Positions 50,066 through 60,853 of a stretch of DNA of 64,000 bases are shown piece by piece. The stretch is from an uncultured Acidobacteriota bacterium (GTDB lineage Bacteria > Acidobacteriota > Thermoanaerobaculia > UBA5066), in assembly GCA_963779415.1 (NCBI GenBank), contig CAVZYA010000002.1, positions 96,001 to 160,000 on the forward strand, read 5' to 3'. A model generated the notes under the pieces. The model did no database searches. It was not told the DNA's origin and worked only from the letters and a program-made list of their open reading frames with translations. Position numbers and translations under genes: made by a program. Numbering within the stretch: position 1 is the stretch's first letter; the number at the start of each line of letters is the position of its first letter.

Positions 50066-50494
50066 ATGAGATGTCGGAGAACAGCATACGGCGTTGCTCT
50101 GGCGGTGCTGGTTTCCATGCCGGCGCTCGCGCAACACGGAATGGCAGGCCCGAAGGGCTCGCCGCAGTACGACCCCAAAACCGAGCTGACGGTAAAAGGC
50201 ACGGTCGAGGAAGTCAAGGAATACCCCAGCCAAAGCAGTTGGCGCACCGGCCAGCACGTGACGCTCAAGACGGGCAGCGGCAGTCTCGACGTCCACCTCG
50301 GCCCAACCGATTACTGGAAGAAGAACGGATTTGAACTGGCAAAGGGAGACGCTATCGAGGTGACAGGCTCGAAGAGCAAACTGAACGACGTAGAGGTCCT
50401 GCTCGCTCGCGAGGTGAAGAAGGGCGCTAAGTCTGTGACCCTCCGCGACGCCCAGGGCGTTCCCGCCTGGTCCCGAGGACGACGTTCTCCTTGA
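50066..50494 (+). CDS. Exported OB-fold-like protein (probable cassette cargo)
   Basis: RBS AAGGAGG, signal peptide, YDPKTE.TVKG, VHLGP and LRDAQGVPAW. Confidence 0.75.
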   Translation: MRCRRTAYGVALAVLVSMPALAQHGMAGPKGSPQYDPKTELTVKGTVEEVKEYPSQSSWRTGQHVTLKTGSGSLDVHLGPTDYWKKNGFELAKGDAIEVTGSKSKLNDVEVLLAREVKKGAKSVTLRDAQGVPAWSRGRRSP

Positions 50495-50509
50495 ATCGAT
50501 TTTCTCGTC

Positions 50510-50570
50510 GCCGAACCCGCGGCTGCAGCGGACAGGCTTGCGCCTGCCGCGGAGCCGCGAGCCGTCAGAC
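50510..50570 (+). mobile_element. attC-like site 2 (best preserved)
   Basis: GCCGAAC...CGCGGCTGCAGCGGACAGGC-TTGC-GCCTGCCGCGGAGCCGCG...GTCAGAC: a hairpin with extrahelical bases, about 61 bp, typical attC layout; right core GTC instead of GTT. Confidence 0.72.
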
Positions 50571-50611
50571 AGTTGTCTGTAATTTGCTTGCATCTTGAGC
50601 AAGGAGGCTTT

Positions 50612-50806
50612 GTGGCAAAGTGCCCTCACTGCAATCAGCCCGTCACTCTCGAGAAGACTCATCGGGAAACAGGCGACCTGCCCGATGACGTTCACAAGGA
50701 CGTCGTCGGTATTGTAAAGAAGGAGATCATGTACTCCTGCCCTCACTGCAATGCGGTTCTGGGTTTCGGTTTCTTTTTTGGTGGATTACTCACCGGGAGG
50801 CCCTAG
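50612..50806 (+). CDS. Small Zn-ribbon protein with two CPHC motifs (probable cassette cargo)
   Basis: RBS AAGGAGG before GTG; CPHC...CPHC and a hydrophobic tail. Confidence 0.7.
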   Translation: MAKCPHCNQPVTLEKTHRETGDLPDDVHKDVVGIVKKEIMYSCPHCNAVLGFGFFFGGLLTGRP

Positions 50807-50860
50807 GGTCATTGCTTTCCGACGACCTCCAGATTTCCATCCGTCTCACTGTGCGTTCCC

Positions 50861-50902
50861 GCGGACTCGCTCCGCTCGCCGCTGAGCTTGATATCGTCAG
50901 GC
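50861..50902 (+). mobile_element. Degenerate attC-like site 3 (right half)
   Basis: GCGGACTCGCTCCGCTCGCCGCTGAGCTTGATATCGTCAGGC, followed immediately by an RBS and an ORF. Confidence 0.62.
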
Positions 50903-50921
50903 GGCAAGGAGAATCGTTGGC

Positions 50922-51143
50922 ATGAGTCAGAAGCTCTATCTCAGCCTCTCCGGCTTGATTTTTCTTCTCGTCGGAGTGCTTCACTTTCTGAGGCTTCTTT
51001 ACCATTGGCCGGTCATGGTCGGGCCCAGAACCATTCCGTATGCCCTGTCGTTCATCGGGTGCCCGGTCGCGCTCGGGTACTCGGTATGGGCCGCCTGGCT
51101 CCTCCGGGTGGAGAGGGTGGGTGGGCACCACGCGGCCCCGTGA
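50922..51143 (+). CDS. Small two-TM membrane protein (probable cassette cargo)
   Basis: AAGGAG RBS; IFLLVGVLHFLRL and WPVMVG. Confidence 0.7.
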   Translation: MSQKLYLSLSGLIFLLVGVLHFLRLLYHWPVMVGPRTIPYALSFIGCPVALGYSVWAAWLLRVERVGGHHAAP

Positions 51144-51209
51144 ACGACGCCCGGGAATTTGGGGCCGCGTCTCGATTGGCAATTTCGGGACGCTGTTTCC
51201 CCAAGGCTT

Positions 51210-53381
51210 TCAGAACCCCACTTCCAGCGTCACCATCACGCTTCGTGAGGCGAGAGGGTAGTAGTAGGGGATTCCGGAGTACGTGAGGCCGCCCTGGGCG
51301 TCCGCCGTGGCGTAGAGGTACGAGTAGCCGCTCGGCCAGAGCCGCTTGTCGTTCAGGAGGTTCTCGGCCTGGATCCTCAGGCTCGGCTTGCCGGGGAGCG
51401 CGCCCTCGAGGTCGATCAGGATCCCGGCCCCGAGGGTGAAGAAATCCGGCGTCACGAGGTCGCTCACGTTCGTGTTGTCGAGGAAGCTCTGCGCCACATA
51501 GCGCCCGTTCGCGGAGAGCGTGATCCACGGCAGGACGTCCCACTCGGCATTGAGATTCGCGACCAGCTCGGGCGTCAGGAGCGGCGCCACGTCCGAGAAG
51601 GTCCGGCTGACGCTCCCCGTGAGGTTTCCCGCGGCGTCGTAGAGGTCGTAGTACTGCGTCCAGGAGCTGATCCGGTTCCGGCTGGCGTTCAGCGTCGCCC
51701 CGAGACGGAGTGACTTGAGGGGCTGCCACTTCGCGTCCATCTCGAACCCGCGGCGGTAGCTCCGGGGGACGTTCTTCGAGATCGGAAGGCCGGTCGGCGC
51801 CAGCTCGCCGGTGAGCGCGATCTCGTTCCTGAACTCCATGTCGTAGACGTTCGCGTGGACCGTCATGGTGGACGTCCTGAAATCGATCCCCGCCTCGATG
51901 TCCGTCAGCTCCTCCGGCTTGACGGCATCGAAATCGGGGAGAACCGATGCGTCGTCCTGGCCCATGAGGAGATCGCCCCGCTGGGGCTCGCGGGAGGTCC
52001 GCCCGACCGAGGCATAAGCGGAGAGCGTCCGGGAGAGATCGAAGCGGGCGCCGATCTTCGGGTTGAAGAAGACCCAGCTCTTCGCCTCGTCGCCGGCGCC
52101 GCCGGAGTACCGGAACTCGGCCCACCGCACCTGGGCGTCGCCGAGAAGGTGCCATGGACCGGAATTCCACGCGACCTTCGCGAAGCCGTTCGCCTCGGAC
52201 TTGTAACCGTGATTCTCGTATTCCTCCGGTCCGTCCGTGAGGCCGCCGGTGTGGGTGCTGACGAAACTGCTCCCGTGCCCGCCGAGCGTGAAGTTGACCG
52301 GATCGCCGTCGTACCGGTAGGTCAGCGCGCCGCCGGCCCTCCACCAGTCGAGGCCGTACTGGAAGAGCTGGTTCGCGGCCTGGTCCTGCCAGACCCGGTA
52401 CGTCCCGCCGGCGTTTCCGAAGTACCCCTGCACGGCGAGGCTCGAGACTCCGGAGAGGACCTTCGTGAACTGCGCCTGGACGAGCGACTGCCAGAAGGAG
52501 TCGTTCTCCTCCGGCGTCATCGGGTTGTCGCGCGGGTTCGCCTCGAGAGCGGACTCCTCGGAGGCGAGAAAGGCGAGCTGCGTCTTCTCCCGCCCGTAGA
52601 AGCCGGAAAGACGGAAGGCGGAATCGGCCACCTCGCGGGTGACGCCCCAGAAGAGGCTCCCCTGCTTCACGCCCGAGTTGTCGCGGTAGCCGTCCGTGTC
52701 CTGCAGCGACGCCTTCACCCAGAGCTTCAGGTCTGGGCCGAAACGCCCCGACTGGACCTCGGCGCCGACCCGTTCGGTCCCGAAGGATCCGGCTCCGAGC
52801 CGCGCGGCGACGCCGAAGCCCTCGGACGGTTCGACGCTCTCGAAGCTGACGGAGCCTCCGTACGAGGCGGAGCCCCAGGTGGACGTGCCGACGCCGCGCT
52901 GGATCTGGAGGCTCCCGAGGGAGCCGGCAAAGTCCGCGAAGTTCGCGAAGTAGAAGGTCGAGTCCTCCGGGTCGTTCAGAGGCGCCCCGTCGAACGTCAG
53001 GTTGAGGCGCGTCATCTGGACGCCGCGGATCGAGATGTACGAGTAGCCGTTCGGTCCGCCCGACTCGGAGTAGAAGGTGACGGACGGAGCGGCCGAAAGA
53101 AGCGTTGGCATCTCCTGCCCGTTGTCCTCTTTCCGGATCACACTCCCTGAAATGTCGGTCTTCGTCACCGGCGCCGTCTCCTCGGCCCGGATGGCCGAGA
53201 CGGTCAGGCTCTCGCTCTTCCGGATCTCGGGCGGGGGCGTCGGCGTCGGCACGGGTGTCGGCGTCGCCGTCGGCCGGGGGACCGACGGATCGTCGGCCCG
53301 CGCCGTCGCTCCGAAAAGGGGCAGAGAGAGAAAGAAGAGAAGCGTTCCTGCGAGCTGCCTTGTTCCATGGCCTCTTGCCAT
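51210..53381 (-). CDS. TonB-dependent receptor, probably for thiamine
   Basis: Signal peptide, plug (IRGV...RLN..DGAPLNDPE, IQRGVGTS), beta-barrel with terminal Phe; downstream of a TPP riboswitch. Confidence 0.9.
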   Translation of the reverse strand: MARGHGTRQLAGTLLFFLSLPLFGATARADDPSVPRPTATPTPVPTPTPPPEIRKSESLTVSAIRAEETAPVTKTDISGSVIRKEDNGQEMPTLLSAAPSVTFYSESGGPNGYSYISIRGVQMTRLNLTFDGAPLNDPEDSTFYFANFADFAGSLGSLQIQRGVGTSTWGSASYGGSVSFESVEPSEGFGVAARLGAGSFGTERVGAEVQSGRFGPDLKLWVKASLQDTDGYRDNSGVKQGSLFWGVTREVADSAFRLSGFYGREKTQLAFLASEESALEANPRDNPMTPEENDSFWQSLVQAQFTKVLSGVSSLAVQGYFGNAGGTYRVWQDQAANQLFQYGLDWWRAGGALTYRYDGDPVNFTLGGHGSSFVSTHTGGLTDGPEEYENHGYKSEANGFAKVAWNSGPWHLLGDAQVRWAEFRYSGGAGDEAKSWVFFNPKIGARFDLSRTLSAYASVGRTSREPQRGDLLMGQDDASVLPDFDAVKPEELTDIEAGIDFRTSTMTVHANVYDMEFRNEIALTGELAPTGLPISKNVPRSYRRGFEMDAKWQPLKSLRLGATLNASRNRISSWTQYYDLYDAAGNLTGSVSRTFSDVAPLLTPELVANLNAEWDVLPWITLSANGRYVAQSFLDNTNVSDLVTPDFFTLGAGILIDLEGALPGKPSLRIQAENLLNDKRLWPSGYSYLYATADAQGGLTYSGIPYYYPLASRSVMVTLEVGF

Positions 53382-53445
53382 CGCCCGCCTCCCGGCTTCG
53401 TGCGTCCACACGAAGTCCTCGAAGCGGAACCCTCGGAGGTTGATC

Positions 53446-53526
53446 GCCTTTCCCTACGCCGGTTTCACCCGGATCAGGTTCAAGGGTGTGATCTCAGGCC
53501 CCTCGCAAGGGCCACCCCTAGGCTCC
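53446..53526 (-). ncRNA. TPP riboswitch
   Basis: Minus strand AGGGGTG...CTGAGA..CACCCTTGAACCTGATCCGGGTGAAACCGGCGTAGGGAA matches the THI-box consensus. Confidence 0.93.
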
Positions 53527-53581
53527 GACGACACTCAATATGGGCCGCTCGGGATCCGGAGTCAATGCCGATCCGGAAGGT

Positions 53582-54478
53582 TTACTCCGACTCGAGAAGC
53601 GCCCGCGCCTTCGAAAGCTCCTTTTTCTTCTCGGGACCGACTTCCGGGTAGTGGAGGTCCAGCTTCGACATCGCGTCGATGATCGCCCCGGCCACGATGA
53701 GACGCGTGTACCACTTGTTGTCGGCCGGGACGACGTACCACGGGGCCCACGGCTTCGCGGTCGCCCGGATCGCGTCCTCGTACGCCACCATGTAGTCCTT
53801 CCAGAAGCCGCGCTCCCGCGCGTCCGCCTCGGAGAACTTCCAGTTCTTGTGTGGCATCTCGAGCCGTTCGAGAAACCGCTTCTTCTGTTCCTTCCGCGAG
53901 ACGTTCAGGAAGAACTTCAGGATGACCATCCCGTTGCGGGCGAGGTGCTTCTCGTGGTCCGCGATGCTCTCGAACCGCTCCTTCCAGATCTCCTTCGTGA
54001 TGAGCTTCGGCGGGAGCATCTGCCTGGCGAGGAACTCGGGATGGACCCGGACGGCAAGGACTTCTTCGTAATACGAACGGTTGAAGATACCGATCCGCCC
54101 CTGCTCGGGGAGGCACTTCGCCGTCCGCCAGAGGAAATCGTGATCGAGGTCCTCGGTGGAGGGGGACTTGAACGAGTAGACCTGACACCCCTGCGGGTTC
54201 ACGCCTGACATGACGTGCTTGATCGTCCCGTCCTTCCCGGCGGCGTCCATCGCCTGGAAGATCAGGAGAACCCCCCAGCGGTCCTGCGCGTAAAGCTTGT
54301 CCTGGAGGTCGGCAAGCAGCTTCACGCCGGTGGCAAGAAGTTCCCTCGCTTTTTTCTTGTCTTCCTTCAGCCCCCCCGTGTCGCCGGGGTCCCACTCCTT
54401 GAGGCGGAACTTCCTTCCGTCGGTGACGCAGTACGGGCGAACGTATTTCAGGACACGCGACAGCTTCATTTCGGCCAT
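53582..54478 (-). CDS. ppk2: Polyphosphate kinase 2 family protein (class III-like)
   Basis: QAMDAAGKDG, HDFLWR, FNRSYYE, WKFS and PWYVVPADNKW. Confidence 0.93.
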   Translation of the reverse strand: MAEMKLSRVLKYVRPYCVTDGRKFRLKEWDPGDTGGLKEDKKKARELLATGVKLLADLQDKLYAQDRWGVLLIFQAMDAAGKDGTIKHVMSGVNPQGCQVYSFKSPSTEDLDHDFLWRTAKCLPEQGRIGIFNRSYYEEVLAVRVHPEFLARQMLPPKLITKEIWKERFESIADHEKHLARNGMVILKFFLNVSRKEQKKRFLERLEMPHKNWKFSEADARERGFWKDYMVAYEDAIRATAKPWAPWYVVPADNKWYTRLIVAGAIIDAMSKLDLHYPEVGPEKKKELSKARALLESE

Positions 54479-54681
54479 GGTCCTTCCCTCGAGCGCTCAG
54501 TGTAGTCCCCGCACCGGCAAGGGGCGCCCCCAGGCGGCACCCCCCCGAGACTGCCCGGGGCCCTGAAGGCGGCCGCGAAGAACGCCCGGTGGGGGAACAG
54601 CCTGATGCAGACATACCAATCCGTTGTCTTGCCGCGACGATGTCCCTACGCTTCCCGCGAGCGCGAAGGAAAGGTGGATTT

Positions 54682-56087
<1,406 letters not shown>

Positions 56088-56091
<4 letters not shown>

Positions 56092-56627
56092 TTTCCGGCG
56101 CCCGCGCTCGCGCGGCCGTCCTGGCGGCGGTCCTCGTGGCGACATGGTTTCCGGCATGGGGCGAGCCCCCCGCCCCGGACCGCTGGCGCCCCTTCAAGGC
56201 GACGTGGACGCTCTCGGGGACGCGGCAGCTTCTTCCGACGGAAGGGGCTCGCTCCGCCGGCATCATCCACGTCACGGGCCCCCTCGCCGTCACGAGCGGC
56301 GAGGGGCTCGGGCGCGGCTTCCTCGGCGAGTTGATCGGCTTCGACGACGGCGGAGCGCTCATCGTCGGCCGCGCAGTGCTCACCGACGAAGAAGGGGACC
56401 GGATCTACTGCTTTCTGAGAACCGAGCCCCTCGGCACGGGGCGAAAGGCGACAGGGACGATTACGGGGGGGACGGGGCGTTATACCGGGCTCGAAGGGAC
56501 GTTCGCGTTCTCCTGGCAGTACGTCGTCGACGCGGGAGCCGAAGAGATCAGCGGCCGGATCGCGAACATCGAAGGGCGGACGCGCCACGCGCCGCCGAAG
56601 GCCGTCCCTGCGGAGCCGCCGAAATGA
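56088..56627 (+). CDS. Hypothetical exported beta-barrel protein (AOC/dirigent-like GGTG motif)
   Basis: Signal peptide, TDEEGDRIY and ITGGTGRYTGLEG; ATGA overlaps with both neighbours. Confidence 0.7.
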
Positions 56628-58030
56628 GCCCCGCGGCGAAGACGTGGGCCGCCCGCGGAGCCGTCGTCGCCCTCGGCGCCGGGATCTGGCTCTGGCCCGT
56701 CCCCGAGGGGCTCACGCTCCCGGCGTGGCGCCTCTTCGCGATCTTCGCCGCGACCATCGCCTCCGTCATCGTCGGCGCCTTCCCGATCCTGACGGCCTCC
56801 GTCCTCGGTCTCGGCGTGGCCGTCCTGTCGGGAACGATCAAGCCCGCGGCGGCCTACGCCGGGTTCGCGAACGCGACGATCCTCCTGATCATCGTCGCGT
56901 TCCTCCTCGCGCGCGCGGTCGTGACGTCGGGGCTCGGCCAGCGGCTCTCCTACCTTGTGGTGAGCCGCTTCGGGCACTCGACACTCGGCCTCGGCTACAG
57001 CATTTTCCTCGTGGACGCCGTCGTCGCGCCGGCGTTCCCGAGCAACACGGCGCGCGGCGGGGTTCTCTTCCCGATCGCCTACTCGCTCGCCGAGTCGGGC
57101 GGCTCGCGCCCGGACGAGGCGACGCGCAAGCGGATGGGCGCCTATCTCATGTTCTGCGGGATGGCGAGCCTGGCGGTCTCGTCGGCGCTCTGGCTCACGG
57201 CGATGGCGGCGAACCCGCTGGGCAGTGAGATCGCGGCGGCGCACGGTCTGAAGATCGGTTTCGGTTCGTGGCTCGCGGCCTCCTCCGTGCCGACGCTGCT
57301 CGCGATCGCCTTCCTCCCCTGGCTGCTCTACAGGGTCTTCCCGCCCGACGTGCGGTCGACGCCGGACGCGCCCGTCGCCGCCCGTGAGGCTCTCGCGAAG
57401 ATGGGCCCTCTGAGCTCCGTCGAATGGGCCGTCTCCCTCACGTTCCTCGCGATGGTCGTCGCCTGGGGCCTCGCGGGCACACTGGGGCTCGATTCGACGG
57501 CGGTCGCCTTCGCCGGTCTCGGCATCCTCCTCGCGACCAACGCTCTGACGGCAAAGGACATCTCGCAGGAAGGAGACGTCCTCGCGACGTTCATCTGGTT
57601 CGCGGCCCTTTACGGGCTCAGCGCGCAGCTCAACGCGCTGGGCTTCATGGGCTTCCTGGGCGAGCGGCTCGGAGGCGCGCTGGGCGGCCTGCCGTGGCCC
57701 GCCGCGTATGTCCTCCTCCTCGTCGCCTACGTCCTCCTCCACTACCTGTTCGTGAGCCAGACGGCCCACCTCCTCGCGCTCTTCGGAGTTTTCATGGACG
57801 TCGGCGTCACGCTCGGCGTCCCGGTCGCGCCGCTCGCCTTCGGCCTCCTCTTCGCGACGAACTTCTTCTCGGTCCTCACGCCGCAGGGCTCCAGCGCGAA
57901 CCTCCTCTTCGTCGGCAGCGGTTACCTCACGCCCAAGGAGCTTTACAAGCTCGGAACGCTGACGACCGCGGTGCTCTTCCTTCTCTATCTCGTGGTCGGG
58001 ACCCCGTGGGTCCTCTTCGTGACGCGCTGA
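56624..58030 (+). CDS. DASS family dicarboxylate transporter
   Basis: PSNTARGG, LTAMAANP and HYLFVSQTAH; many TM segments. Confidence 0.92.
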   Translation: MSPAAKTWAARGAVVALGAGIWLWPVPEGLTLPAWRLFAIFAATIASVIVGAFPILTASVLGLGVAVLSGTIKPAAAYAGFANATILLIIVAFLLARAVVTSGLGQRLSYLVVSRFGHSTLGLGYSIFLVDAVVAPAFPSNTARGGVLFPIAYSLAESGGSRPDEATRKRMGAYLMFCGMASLAVSSALWLTAMAANPLGSEIAAAHGLKIGFGSWLAASSVPTLLAIAFLPWLLYRVFPPDVRSTPDAPVAAREALAKMGPLSSVEWAVSLTFLAMVVAWGLAGTLGLDSTAVAFAGLGILLATNALTAKDISQEGDVLATFIWFAALYGLSAQLNALGFMGFLGERLGGALGGLPWPAAYVLLLVAYVLLHYLFVSQTAHLLALFGVFMDVGVTLGVPVAPLAFGLLFATNFFSVLTPQGSSANLLFVGSGYLTPKELYKLGTLTTAVLFLLYLVVGTPWVLFVTR

Positions 58031-58045
58031 GGAAAGACGAGCGCC

Positions 58046-59742
58046 ATGACGTACATCGCCGACGCCCTCAGGAACAATCCGGAGCTCGCGATCTTCCTCA
58101 CGCTCGCGATCGGCTTCCTCGTCGGGCGCGTGAGGTTCGGCACGTTCAAGCTCGGCAACGTCGTCGGGACGCTCCTCGCGGGCGTCGTCGTCGGACAGCT
58201 CGACATCCAGGTTGACCCGGTCGTCAAGCTCGTTTTCTTCGACCTCTTCCTCTTCGCCACGGGGTACAAGGTGGGGCCGCAGTTCTTCCGCGGGCCTGAA
58301 GAAGAACGCCCTCACACAGGTTTCGTTGACGCTGGTCCTCTGCGTCACGAGCCTCGTGACCACCGTCGCCGCCGCGAAGATCTTCAAATACGACTGCGGG
58401 ACGGCGGCGGGCCTGATGGCCGGGGCCTTCACGGAGTCGACGGTGATCGGGACGGCGGGCGAGACGATCAACCGACTCCCCCTCCCGGAGCTCGAGCGGA
58501 AGCGCCTTCTCGACCAGATTCCCGTGGCCTATGCCGTCAGCTACCTCGTCGGGACCGGCTTCGTCGTCTGGTTCCTCTCGGGCCTCGCGCCGAGGCTCCT
58601 CAAAGTGAACCTGAAGGAAGAGGCGAAGAAGCTCGAGGCGACGCTCTCGGGTGGGCCCACACGTGAGGAGGGCGTCCAGTCGGCCTACCACGAATGGGAC
58701 GCACGGGCGTACCAATTGCCCGAGAAATGGGCGGGGAAGACGGTGGGGGTGTTCGAAGCGCTCCTTCGCTCCTGCTCGCATTTTCGTCAAGAGAATCAGA
58801 AGGGGGAAGAGGGAGAAGAGAGAAGATCTTCTTAGAAGGTGAAGAGGGGACCGCGCTCGCATCGGGCGACGTCGTGGCCATTGCCGCGCGCCGGCCCATT
58901 CACCTTTCTAAGAAACCTTCCTTCGGCGTCGAGGTCGAGGACCGCGAGCTTCTCGACTGGCCCGTCGTCGTCGCGGACGCCGTCGTGACGAGCCGCGAAG
59001 CGTCTGAGACGGACGCTCGCCGAGCTGGCCGAGTCGCACGGGCGCGGCATCGCACTTCTCAAGCTGGTCCGCGGCACCGAGGACGTGCCCGTGGCGCTCG
59101 GGACCGTCGTGAACCGTGGCGACCTCCTCCGCATCGCGGGCGCGCCCGCGGACGTCGAGCGCGCCGGGAAGGCCCTCGGCTACGTCGAGAGGCCGTCGAG
59201 CGAGACCGACGTCGTCTTCGTCGGCCTCGGGATCCTTCTCGGCGGCTTCGTCGGGCTCCTCTCCGTGACCGTCGGCGGCCTACCCCTCAGCCTGACGGCC
59301 AGCGGCGGCGCCCTGATCATGGGACTCGTCTTCGGGTGGCTGCGGTCCGTGCGCCCGACGTTCGGCCGCATTCCCGAGCCCGCCCTCTGGGTCTTCGACA
59401 CGGTCGGGCCTCGCGGTCTTCATCGGCGTCGTCGGCCTCTCCGCCGGGCCGAGCTTCGTCTCGGGGCTGAAGGAGACGGGGCCGAGCCTCCTTCTCGTCG
59501 GCCTCATCGTCGCCGTCACGCCGCACATCGCCGCCCTCTTCTTCGGGCGATACGTCCTCAAGATGAATCCCGTCCTCCTCTTCGGCGCCTGCGCCGGAGC
59601 CGGGACCGTCACGGCCGCGCTCCGGGGAATCCAGGACGAAGCGGGAAGCAAGCTCCCCGTCCTCGGCTACACCGTCCCCTATGCGATCGGGAACATCCTC
59701 CTGACCGCCTGGGGACCCGTCATCGTGATGCTCACGAAATAG
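58046..59742 (+). CDS. aspT: Aspartate:alanine antiporter (AAE family) with several frameshifts
   Basis: NPELAIFL, GYKVGPQFF, GAFTESTVIG, AYAVSY, TrkA-C-like domains, LFGACAG and LGYTVPYAIGN, spread over frames changing near 58295, 58760-58830, 59005 and 59410. Confidence 0.85.
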
Positions 59743-59753
59743 GAGGTCCGTCC

Positions 59754-60851
59754 ATGGCAAGAAACCGCTTCGTCCCCATCGCTCTCATGCTGCTTCTCCT
59801 GCTCGCCGCCGGCCCGGCCGCCTACGCCGGGCCGCAGTCTGCCGCGCCCGCCGCGCAGCCGGCTCTCCCTACGGTCGTCGTTCTCGCCACAGGGGGCACG
59901 ATCGCGGGTGCCGCCGCCACCGACGTGCAGGCCGGCTACACCTCCGGCCAGGTCGGGGTCGAACAGCTCCTCGCCGCGGTGCCCCAGGCGAAGAAGCTGG
60001 CCAACCTCCGGGGCGAGCAGATTTCGAACATCGGGTCGCAGGACATGAACGACGAGGTGTGGCTGAAGCTGGCAGGCCGCGTCAACGAGCTTGTCGCGAT
60101 GCCCGACGTCGCCGGCGTCGTCATCACGCACGGCACCGACACGATCGAGGAGACCGCGTTCTTCCTCAACCTCGTCGTGAAGTCGAAGAAGCCGGTCGTC
60201 CTGACGGCGGCGATGCGTCCGTCGACCGCGCTCTCGGCCGACGGCCCGCTCAATTTCTTCAACGCCGTGGCCGTCGCCGCAAACAAAAACGCCGCCGGGC
60301 TGGGCGTCCTCGTCGTCATCAACGACTGGATCCACGGGGCGTCGTCCCTCACGAAGACCAGCACGACAGCGGTGCAGACCTTCATGTCGCCTCTCCGGGG
60401 TCTCGTCGGCACCGTCGCCTACGGCGAGGCCGATTTCTTCTGCGGCCCCGTCGGCCGGAACACGGTGAACTCCGACTTCTCGCTGGAGGGCGTGAAGACC
60501 CTGCCGCGCGTCGACATCGTCATGGCCTACGAGAACATGGATGGCGCGCTCATCGACGCCGCGGCCGCGGCCGGGGCCAAGGGGATCGTGATCGGGGGCG
60601 TCGGCAACGGGAACATGACGGAGCCGGCCGTGAAGGCCCTCGCCGCCGAGGCGAAGAAGGGCGTGGTTTGCGTAAGGTCGTCACGCGTGGTGACGGGGCG
60701 CGTCGGACGCAACGTTGAGCTGGACGACGACAAGCTGGGATTCGTCGCCTCGCTCGGCATGAACCCCCAGAAGGCGCGGGTCCTCCTTCGCCTCGCGCTC
60801 CTCAAGACGAACGACGTCAAGCAGATCCAGAAGTACTTCGAAGAGTACTGA
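59754..60851 (+). CDS. ansB: Type II (periplasmic) L-asparaginase
   Basis: Signal peptide, ATGGTIAG, IGSQ, HGTDT, AMRP, DGP and GVGNGN. Confidence 0.93.
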   Translation: MARNRFVPIALMLLLLLAAGPAAYAGPQSAAPAAQPALPTVVVLATGGTIAGAAATDVQAGYTSGQVGVEQLLAAVPQAKKLANLRGEQISNIGSQDMNDEVWLKLAGRVNELVAMPDVAGVVITHGTDTIEETAFFLNLVVKSKKPVVLTAAMRPSTALSADGPLNFFNAVAVAANKNAAGLGVLVVINDWIHGASSLTKTSTTAVQTFMSPLRGLVGTVAYGEADFFCGPVGRNTVNSDFSLEGVKTLPRVDIVMAYENMDGALIDAAAAAGAKGIVIGGVGNGNMTEPAVKALAAEAKKGVVCVRSSRVVTGRVGRNVELDDDKLGFVASLGMNPQKARVLLRLALLKTNDVKQIQKYFEEY

Positions 60852-60853
60852 CC

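Noticed and set aside
50066-50494. Resemblance to the MamS/MamX-type OB fold as a sign of magnetotaxis
   Set aside because: No other mam genes and no haem motifs; the fold is widespread.
58760-58860. AG-rich low-complexity patch inside aspT as an insertion or repeat
   Set aside because: It coincides with a frame break inside a TrkA-C-like domain and looks like low-quality consensus.
59085-60851. Apparent AspT-asparaginase fusion ORF
   Set aside because: Artefact of the frameshift near 59410; aspT has its own stop at 59742 and ansB has its own RBS and signal peptide.
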